Positions 54,195 through 64,000 of a stretch of 64,000 nt of DNA are shown here, piece after piece. The translations under genes and the position numbers were made by a program. The notes below the pieces were generated by a model. It saw only the letters and a list, made by a program, of their open reading frames with translations. It was not told where the DNA came from and made no database searches. The DNA is from the human T2T-CHM13v2.0 reference genome, Homo sapiens. Each line of letters begins with the position of its first letter. The stretch's first letter is position 1. The stretch lies in the NCBI RefSeq assembly GCF_009914755.1, contig NC_060927.1. One strand, written 5' to 3'.

Positions 54195-55010
54195 ATCAGT
54201 TTGGATTCTCCAGGAAGCAGAATTACGAGTGTATGAGGAGGAGGGGGTCACACCTGGGAAAGATAAAGGGAGACTGATCAAGGTGGGGCAATGTATTAGT
54301 CCATTTTCACACTGCTGTAAAAAAATACCTGAGCCTGGGCAATTTATAAAGGAAAGAGGTTTAACTGATTCACATTTCCACATTGCTGGGGGAGCCTCAT
54401 ACTTAGAATCATGGCGGCAGACAAAGAGAAACCAAGGACCTTCTTCACATAGTGGCAGGAGAGAGAAGAGCCAGTGAGTGAGGAAGTGCCACTCTTTTAA
54501 AATTATCAGATCTCATGAGAACTTCCTTACTACCATGAGAACAGCTTGAGGGAAACCTTCCCCATTATCCAATCACTTCCCACTAGGTTCCTACCTTAAC
54601 ACCTGGGGATTACAACTCAAGATGAGATTTGAGTAGGGGCACAAAGCTCAACCATATCAGACAGGGGTGCTGATGTGCCACTTATGAAAGGAGAGGCAGA
54701 AGGAAGCAGGATGGAGCTGGGAGTGTCTCAGTCCATGATGTAGATCTGACGAAGTCTTAGCCAATATAATGGAAGTCCCATAGCAAAGACTGCCTGCAAG
54801 AGAGTCCCACACTGGATAGAAATGGCCTGGCCTGGCCATGAACCTCCATGCTCAGGCAATGTCTGGGTCTGCCTAGGATGTGCATGGCCTTGGCTTGAAA
54901 GTTAAGGTGGATTCTACAGACGGTGTAGCTGGATGCTGTTGGCTAACTGCACATCTTGCAACCCGACAGCAAGTTATTCCTTGAAGGGAAAAGCAAGTGG
55001 TGCACCTCAT
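54195..55010 (-). mobile_element. LTR16-like ERVL LTR with nested THE1/MSTA (54292-54659)
   Basis: TGTATTAGTCCATTTTCACACTGC ... ACCATATCA insert; LTR16-type GAAGGAAGCAGGATGG...GTAGATCTGAC continuation. Confidence 0.75.
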
Positions 55011-55729
55011 GACTATATATGTTTACATTTTTAAAGACATGACATTTTAATATAATTCCCACTTAAATACTTTAGCTGGCTATTGTTTTCTTTACTATAC
55101 CCTGACTTTCTAGTTAGTGAACTATAGCCAACATAGAGACCAAATGTCCCAGTTTGAAAATCCTAAATTCCTACCTACAGGGTTGAGAGAAGAGAAGGGA
55201 TTATGCTAGATTGAGCAATTAAAATTTGATACACTGGATCAGGTCAACTGTTACAAAAACACAGGTGCTGCCAGTCCATTTTTCATATCCCTGGCAGACC
55301 TGGCCGATTGATCACAGCACTCTTCCTTATGAGTTGTGTTGTCTGCCTCAAAATTATTTTCAACATTGTGATCCAGACAGCCATTCCCAATCTATCACCA
55401 TTGGCGCCTAAGATGAAACCAATTTATCATCCCATCACTAGGTAATAGGGGAAAAACACAGGTCTTGGAGCAGGTGTGTGTGCTCAAATGCTTGTGAGGG
55501 TGCTAATGAGAGTGTGAGATTGAGGGAGAGGTGATGAAAATACACACTTGAAATTATTTATCAATTAGAAGGTTATGTTTTAATTTTTTAATTAATAAAT
55601 CTGTTTAAACCCAGAATACCTTTTTCCCAGAGGCAATATTACAAATAAGGATTATATACAAAAGTCAGCATCTAAATCCTTACCTATCTATATATAAGTA
55701 TTACTGCATTTGCTTTTGGATCCTAACAA

Positions 55730-56130
55730 TAAACTCAGTGCTCATTGACCTTAACAAATAGGGTTTTATTCTTTCTCCCATAAAAAGAAATCTGTAGGTA
55801 GGCAACTATCAGCATAGGTTCAGGGTTTTAGCAACAGATCTTTGTGATTCTCTTGCTACTTTCCTTGTAGTTACAGAATGGCTGTTGTTCCAGGCATTGT
55901 CTTCAATATTATTTGGAGGTAATTCATCAGGAAATATAAAACTCTCTAAGTAGTCTCCCCCAGAAGAATTCCATGTACATTTCATGGGCCAGACAGGATG
56001 ACATGACTGTCCCTAGCTTCAAGAAAGATGGGCAAACCACATATTTTATTTTCCAGCCTCTGTGCTGGGAGGCAGCAAGGGAGAAGGGGTTAGACATAGC
56101 TTTTAGGTAGCTTGCCAATAGGGAATGGTA
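55730..56130 (-). mobile_element. Old MLT1 (J/K/L-like) LTR
   Basis: TTTCATGGGCCAGACAGGATGACATGACTGTCCCTAGCTTCAAGAAAGATGGG. Confidence 0.5.
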
Positions 56131-58268
56131 CTTAGACCTAAAAGATAGCAGTACTAGTTTTCTAGAGGTTAAAATAATACTCGATGTTCTCAAGCATGAG
56201 CAGAAATATCCTGCGTTCACTCCTTTACTACTCACTTCCGCTTTCTAATAAAAAGAATTTGATAAATATAATGAGCATCTCAGTATATTTGCCAGGTGAG
56301 TGTGGATTCTACACGTTTGTGCTTTAGCAAAATAAATTACTACTTTGAATTTTAATAGACTTATGTCTTAAAATCCAGTCATTGGATAGATTTAAGGTGA
56401 AATGCTGTTGATACATTACTATTCATTGTAGGATTAACCCAACAATCCACCACAATTTAAATGAGAATTTAAAAATCAAATTAACAGTGAGTTATAATGA
56501 AAGGTAAGAATGGCAGAAATGGAAATCTCCAGCCCACTCATGATAACAACACTCAAAATGTATAGCCTATTTACTAAAAATTACAGAAGTTCCAAACTAT
56601 CTCCTTGTCTCTAAGTGAGTCACATGCCAGAATTAACAGTTCTTTGGTGCTATGCAATCTTCTTAGTATAGCACAGAATTAAGTCATTGGTAAACTGTAA
56701 TAATGTGCTAATTTTAGATCATTATGCCATAATGTAGTAATCCTTAGTAAATACTTAGTAAGTTACTAGAAAGTAGCTCTTCATCATATGCAAAAAATAA
56801 AACTGAAGACATTGCATGTCATTGGCTTCCAAGAATTGGAGAAAGGAAATTTTAGAGTCAGTTTTTGGTTCATCTATAGGACAGTATGTTGGATCATATT
56901 GTAAAGAATTGAGATGCATAGATGAGAGCACTAGTTTGAAATCAACAGCTGGATTTGACTCCATTCCACCTCTGACAACTTAGGACAAGTGTCTTAAGCC
57001 CTGCATAGCCCAGTTTCCTCATTATTAGACTGGCAACTACTAACACAGAAACTATTCTACTTACAATATGGTTGTAATTGAATCTGTTTGTTGGAAATTC
57101 CAAAGTGACTAAGCTTGCTGTCACAAATGCACTTCCAGGAATAGGAGCATGAATCAGTTTCTCAAAGCTTTTAATAAAAGCTGGTGTTCTTGTTTATGCA
57201 TGTTCAATGCCATGTCTGCCTAGGTGATAAAATAATGTTTGGTGCATAGAAGGCACTAAAAATATAGCTTTTGAATGAGTGAAGGACATTTTCCCCAAAA
57301 TTATTGTCATTTGTCATTTGTCTCTGCTGGAAGTCTGTGGGGGCAGATAACTGTTCTTGGGGATCTCCCAAGTGTCCTGAGGAGGTCCTTAGGAGCCACA
57401 GCCTGCATTCTCGTCGCCTCGCCCCTCATGTGGATGTGAACCAGACTGGAAGAGGCATCCCTTTGCCTTGAGGCAACAGTTTCAAGAGCAGAGTCTCTTT
57501 GGCCAGCTCTTAAACTTCTCCCAAGTTAGCCCTCCCCGGAATGAACAGGAGGCTCCTCTGCCCATCTAGTGTCAAGGTGCCGACTCAAGAAGTCATCCTT
57601 TGTCTTCCTCTTCCATTCTCTTGCTGATATTGTCCACGGACACAGGCACAGCACTTTTGTACGTTGCACGATTTGCTCTTTGCCCTTTATAATCATTTCT
57701 ACTATTGAATAATTCATCCTATATTCGTGTGAAGAGTTCCTCTTTTTCTCATCACTTCCAGTTTTTAAAAATCTCTTCTGTTTCCATGGTAATTGTATAT
57801 ATCAACAAGGACTTTGAACACTCTCCATTTTCTTGGATTTATTGAATCTGATGTGGTTAATAATGCTTGGGAAAACTTCTCAAAAAAAACTCTCACAAAC
57901 ACAGCAAATGCATTGATGGTGAACAGCACAGTTTTTGAGTTCAAAAGGCAGCAGTGTACATTCCATATCATCTGCTGTTACCATGTAGTATGTTCTCACA
58001 GGAGAGCTTGGGATTTTATCTGTGAATATCCATAGGTTGAAAGTTGGTAAGCAAAAGAACATCTGTAACTAACCTACTCTTTTTCTGCAGGTTTGTTGTT
58101 GGGATAAAAGTTAACGTGCTCTAGTGCACTGTAGCCTATAAAATGTTATCCTTTCTGTGACGCATGCCCCATTTCCACCATGCCATGTGGGGACACAAGG
58201 AACAGATCTTTGTCCACAGGAAAAGTGGAAACTCAGAGTTGAATTTCCTCTTCACTCCAAAGCATGAC

Positions 58269-58275
58269 TATGCAT

Positions 58276-58313
<38 letters not shown>

Positions 58314-58331
58314 GCACACACACACATGCAC
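58269..58331. repeat. 63-bp uninterrupted alternating purine/pyrimidine tract ((CA)n-CACGTGCGCG-(CA)n)
   Basis: Direct observation. Confidence 0.9.
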
Positions 58332-61300
58332 TCAAACTCCTAAGAGCTGGAGGCAGGGATCCTGGCTCAGAGTTAGAGCTCTCACAACAGGAAGGATAGA
58401 AACAAAATTCCTAGTTGCTGATCACTTGCTAACTCTCTTCATTTTCAGAAGAAAACACCTCCTGGCATTTGCTTAATGGAAGGCACCTTTCTAGTCAATC
58501 ACTTGACAAGTGTTCTGAATTGGATTTTAAAAGGACAGAGGTTGAGATTAGGGTTAGGGATTTTTATTACATCTCAAAGTGCCTGTATAAATTACACAGT
58601 GGGGATTTTCAGTTGAAAGCTTTTCCAGTTAATAAACAGGAGACTCATGTATCGGCATTTTTGTAATGCTATAAGAATGGGGAAGTGTAGGTTCTGGCAC
58701 GTATTCATGTAAACAAAAAGTGAGTGACGAATTTTTACCTTGAGTTTTAGAATCACACTCTTATAAATAATTTACATACAAGGAGAGATCATAGAGATAA
58801 CCTGTAGAAAAACAGAAAGATGAATTTTTTCCAGCTAAACTTGTCTTGGTGCAGAACTATCTTGGGCATATCAGATTTTATAAAGATACTTTTCCTCTTA
58901 CATTTCACACTTCACTTTCACTATCCAGAAGCCAAGTGGAGGCATTTTCCCTGATGAGTGGGAGTTGTAAGGACTAGCTCAAGAGTAGAATAGGCTTAGG
59001 CAAAACTATAATGTAGGGGAAATCATCCATGTAACCTGAATCCTATTTTAGTGTCTTGAGCCTAAGCCCTATCTTAATCCCCAGAACCCCAAAGTTCTGC
59101 AGACAAAAAGTTCCCCATAGAAGTGGCCTCCTGATCTTTAAACAGAGCCATGGGCTTAATCTTCCTTTTGCTGCCATCTAAAATTTAATAATTCTAATAT
59201 TCATTTCCTCAGGGCCTTAGCTTGTGGACAAGCTAATGTATGCCAACATACCCAGAGTTCTTATGATCTAAAAGTGTTATTCTCCTGGGTAAGTGGTAAG
59301 TAGTTTGCATTTCAACAAGGATAAATAAATGCCTTGGTTCAAAAGAATGACAGGGTAGGGTTGTTAAAAATATTACTTCCTCCAGGAAGCTTCTGCCTCC
59401 CTCTACCCTCATGGATTAGAAGTTCCCAGGAAGGCTCCTATGTAAAGCATGCTTCTCCTGTCATGGTATTTGGCACCCGTCATTGACAACACTTGTTTAA
59501 TAAGCTCTGTGGGTACAGCCCCATGTATATTCATACACATATACTGTTGTATTAATTCCCACCACCCGGCTCCCTGATGGAACACTTGAAGGACATTAAT
59601 AAATACTGTCTGTTGAAGAATGAACAAAGCTAAGGGTTTCAGGGACTCTAGAAAGATAATAGAGTGAGGGAGAGACAAGCAGTATTTGAAGGCCAGATGG
59701 CTTTCACTGATGCTTCCTACTTGGTTATTTTATAACTGACAAACCTCTGAAAATGCCACTTAAAAGTAATAGTTTTCAGTATCACTTTAAGTGCTTTAGA
59801 ATCACACTCAGCATTGGATGTAAATGGTTAAGGAGGGTAGCCTCGGTCTGCTACTGCCATAGATACCTTTAATATACAGAAATTACACAGAAAGTGTCAT
59901 GGCATTCTTGTTTTACCCAGTGAGAAAATCCACTGTTCAAATCGAAACCAATATGGAAATTACTCCTTCCATCAAAAGGAGCAGAGGACGAAAACAAAAA
60001 CAAAAACAAAAACAAAATCTCCTCAGCTCCACAGTGATGACATAGAAAGTTCAGATAAGAAAGAGAAAGAAGGCTTTGGGAAAACAAAAATAAGAAAGTA
60101 TTTCAATGGCATTCCAAGTAAATAGTGGCTAGAGTTTTGGCTCAATGTACTAGCAACACAGTGATAAGGGCTCTTCTCAAAGTAAAGTGAACTTGGAGCA
60201 AGTGAATGAGGAAACACTGAAAACGGGTGGGCTGAGAAAAATGCACCCTCTCAGAGCATGCAGTGAAGGCTCAGCTGAATTAATACAAGGAAAGGAAATT
60301 TTACCCCAGACTATAGATCACTCGTTTAACCTTTCTCATGAGAGTCTTCTTCAGTTGTTAGTGAGGGGGAATTGTAGATTTATATTAGACCTGCATTGTA
60401 ATATAACAGAGTTTAGCAATGCACTGTGGCTAAGACAGCTATATAACCAACTGGATGTAGTTCTTAGTGATACCACACTCAGTCATTTTCAGTTCTGCTT
60501 TCCTTTCGTTTTCCTTTTTTCCTTCTCATTTTCTCTCTTTCTATCATACATCAAGTTAAAGAATGTCTTTATATGCTGCCATAGACAAATATATATGAAC
60601 CAGGTAGACCAAGAAACTAAGTAGTACACAAAGTGGCCAAACCCAGTAAAAGCCTATAACTTCTACACGTTTTACACATACACACACACACACCACACTC
60701 ATTTAATTCCCTCAACACCTCTACTCTATAAAAATTTTATGCCTCCCCTTTTTTTGGTTTAGTAAACAAATTCAGGTAGGCTCAGTCATTTGACCAATGA
60801 CAAACAACTAGAATATGGAGCATGAATTTGAAGCATCAGAGTCTGTACCCTTTTCTCTGAATATTTTGGGAGATAATTGGTACAAAGTAAATAAAAATCA
60901 ATATTGTCATTATTGTCTACTTAGATAACAATGCAGTGTCTTCATTCATAATGGATTGCAGTTCCCCACTCAGGAAGAGGACATTTTTTTTAAAACTACA
61001 TGATACAACTGAGAGCTTGGAAGCTATCCATGCATAAGTTTTAAAACCCAGCAGCTTCATGGTTTCCTCCTTCTGTTGGCCTGGCCAGTGGACACAGTGG
61101 TCACGTTCCTGGCATGGAGATGTCATTCATGGTAGGTGTTCTTGAATTGGAGCCTAAGGCTCCAGGACTTTTGTGGGTTCCTCCAGAATCCTACATCCTT
61201 ATACACTCCCACGGGGTGCCTGCCCAGGTGAGTGGCATGCTTCATGGTATCCTTTCAGACTCTATCACTCCTACTTCTCCAACCCTGACTTACAATATGA

Positions 61301-62110
61301 CCTGGGGAAGGATTAGAATGTTGGTATATTTTAATTTGCTCCTATGCCAAATCACAGTGCTTATATTTGCAACTCTGAGAATTGATGGGGACAATACATA
61401 GATTTAGAATTCACATGTGTGAGCACCATGAAGTACTTTGAACTTCACTAAATGGGGAAAATACAAGACACTACATTTAGAAATTGTTTAGGAGCAGCAA
61501 ATGGAGAGAAGCAACATTTTTGCTTTAAAAAAAAACAACATCACAACCCCTTGATTATGTGCAGCACACAATTTAACAGGTGTGTGATTTATTCATTTAT
61601 TCACAGACTCATGGACCAACCATTCCATCACAGCACTATTGTCTGTGAAGCAAAACACATTTACAGCAAACTGTATCAGCTCCTCAGAGAGACTGAATTA
61701 ACCCATCTAAAAATCCTTTGCTTCCGATTGAAAAAGAGGGTTAATATCATCCAAATGATGAACATAAATAAACTTTACCTCAGTAAAGTTCTTTCCATCT
61801 TTGGATTTCTGGGTCATCTCTAACCAGTGCTTGATATGAAAGGGGGAAAAATAAAACTTGTGTATTATTTTTAGTGGATAAATGGAATATAATTGTTTCT
61901 CCATGTGTATCTAGAATTATGGCCTTCTTGGGGAAAGTACTACAGCCCCTCCCTTCCCTGCTCACTCATCTCTTTTCTTGGGAGAAAGATGGTTTTTCTG
62001 ATTGGTGAGACTGGGGAAAACTTGATACCCACTCTGCCAGGTTTCTTTACCTGACAAAGTTAAGTGTTCATGAGTCATTTCTCTTTTTCTCTAGGTCTCT
62101 CAGACCCAAG

Positions 62111-62727
62111 TGTTACCAGTGAAGGGTGTCCAGGTTCTTGGCGCTTTGAACAAAGAATTGGACAAAACTCACAAACAAAGCAAGAAAAGAAAGAAGCAAC
62201 AAAAGCAGAGATGTATTGAAAATGAAAACACACTCCACAGGGTGGGAGCAGGCCGAGCAAGCAGCTCAAGGGCCCAGTTACAGAACTTTCTGGGGTTTAA
62301 ATACCCTTTAGAAGTTTCCATTGGTTACTTGGTGTACACCCTATGTATATGAAGTAGTGGCCTGTGATCAGTCTGATTGGTTGGAAGGGACCAATCAGAA
62401 TGCAAACGTCTGATTAGTTGTGGAAAGTGACCAATTAGAGGCTGAAGTGAAGTTACAAAGTAATACTCCCACGCAAATGAAGACTTGGCCCACAACCAAC
62501 CTGATTGGTTGTGAGAGGGGACCAATCAGAGGGACTTTCAGTTTTTCACCTGCAATGCAGAAAAAGGGTGGCAGGTGAGGGGTGTTGCAAAGGGAGTAGC
62601 CTCTGGTCCTTTTGTTACTTGGGCACTTGGGCGTGGAAAGTGGGGGTTTTCCTTTTGATTTAGTTCTAGGAAGTCAGCGTGAATTGGCCTTACATTCCCT
62701 GCCTCCAGACCCTATTCTCCTGCCTCA
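62111..62727 (-). mobile_element. MER51 (ERV1) solo LTR, full length
   Basis: Minus-strand start TGAGGCAGGAGAATAGGGTCTGGAGGCAGGGAA and end GGTAACA; 4-bp TSD CAAG at 62107-62110 and 62728-62731; repeated CCAAT boxes. Confidence 0.88.
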
Positions 62728-63188
62728 CAAGTGCTCCTAGGAGCTGTACATGCCTGTCTTTGTCCCCATGTAGTCAGCTCGTTACAGGTGGGTCCTGCTG
62801 GGTCTTTCGTTCTTGCTTCTCTGCTTCAAGATGGCTAATAAGTCCTGGTCCAGTGAGTCCCCAGTGCAGACATAGAGCAGAAGGGAAGTGGGTCCAGTTG
62901 CATTTCCTGCAGTTTAATAAAGAACCCTGTGCTCTCTGGCCCATTACCTAAAGCTGATATTGTGCTTGGAACGTGTAGTGTTATCCAATCCAGCTTTACC
63001 ACTGCTAAAGCTGATACCACGCTTTGATCCTCTGCTTGCTCATTTTGCCAAGTTCTTAACTGCGTGGAACTGGAAGGTGAGGGCTGGATGATTGATTTTT
63101 CACCCTGCCCCCAAACTCCAACAACCGAAACCAAGGGTTCTTGAAGAGAGAGGGGCAGGGCAGCAACAGGGAGACTGAAACTTGGGGT

Positions 63189-63211
63189 GGGGGGGGGGGG
63201 GGGGGGGGGGG
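63189..63211 (+). repeat. G23 homopolymer
   Basis: Direct observation. Confidence 0.9.
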
Positions 63212-63899
63212 CGGACGGAATGTTTTTGAAGTGTGTGTTTGCCTAAGGTGTGTGTAGAAAGGTAGCTACTTTTCAGTCTCTGCCTGCCTTTAATCCATTA
63301 CAATGTCCTAATTAAAAACATTTAAAAAGCTACATTGGAAAATGATCCCTGAGGCTAGAATGCTGTTGGCACAGTGAAAAAGACGCAATCAATAAGTAAA
63401 CAGGCAATGTCAGCCCGGAGAGCTTTCAGAACAACATGCCTACTCGGGGGAAAAAAAATTACAAGTCGCTTTAGCCTATTTAAATATTTTCCAAGATCTT
63501 TGTTAAATTTCAGGTAATAATATTTCTTCCTTTGAACAAGCGTTGTATGTTTGCCTTTGACTGAGAATGGCCTAGGCTAGAGACCATTTGGTATTCAACT
63601 TGTGACTATTTTAGTATGGGGCTGGACCCCAAAAATTCATGCTCAATGAAATGATTTTCACTTACTGAGATGAATTTACTTTTTGCTTCCTTCAGCAATT
63701 CATCAATCTAATGGAAGAAAGAGTAGCTCTCATCATAATGAGAATAGACTTCTAGGAGTATGAGTCAATGTCAATACTTTATTTAATAATGCAAATTCTA
63801 TTACTATATATTTGGTCTCAATCCAAATTTGCTTTAAATTGAGTTTCCTTGCCATTGCACACTCCTATCTTTCTGAACACACACCCCCCCACACACACA

Positions 63900-64000
63900 C
63901 CATACACACTTGTTTCATTGCGCTTCATTTTATTGCACTTCTCGAAGAATGTGTTTTTTACAAATTGAAGATTTGTGGCAACTTTTCATCGAGTGAGTCT
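63900..64000 (+). mobile_element. Tigger1-like DNA transposon left end
   Basis: TTCATTGCGCTTCATTTTATTGCACTT...TTTTTACAAATTGAAGATTTGTGGCAAC. Confidence 0.7.

Larger units (their letters stand above)
51600..62940 (+). ncRNA. Candidate spliced lncRNA, opposite strand to CD47 (possibly the annotated LINC01215; position from memory, unverified)
   Basis: Series of strong plus-strand splice sites (donors after 51697, 56295, 61227, 62574; acceptors before 58091, 62095) and AATAAA at 62916-62921; no credible ORF. Confidence 0.35.

Noticed and set aside
60187-61823. 145 aa and 123 aa plus-strand ORFs
   Set aside because: No recognisable homology or domain; lengths within chance range; cannot be supported without ribosome profiling.

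Overview
Mammalian genomic DNA, recognisably the human (or near-identical great-ape) CD47 locus. The minus strand carries CD47 coding exon 1 (16698-16653, signal peptide) and exon 2 (6135-5782, the complete IgV domain); the gene runs off the left edge in intron 2. A TATA-less CpG-island promoter lies at about 16.2-17.5 kb. The remaining ~46 kb is upstream intergenic DNA rich in Alu, L1, L2, MIR, CR1, MaLR/ERVL/ERV1 LTRs and hAT/Tigger fossils, with clustered AP-1, NF-kB, PU.1 and IRF motifs and plus-strand splice signals suggesting a spliced lncRNA. No other protein-coding gene is supported. Best leads: (1) exon 2 read-through gives an in-frame stop plus a nearby AATAAA, predicting a secreted IgV-only CD47 with a Cys-containing tail; (2) a MER51 solo LTR facing CD47, with a broken poly(A) signal, followed by an ATG and a donor in phase with exon 2; (3) several locally templated insertion scars inside old repeats; (4) a perfect kappa-B site inside a THE1 LTR. 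Repeat boundaries and subfamilies were assigned by eye and are approximate; functional claims are hypotheses.
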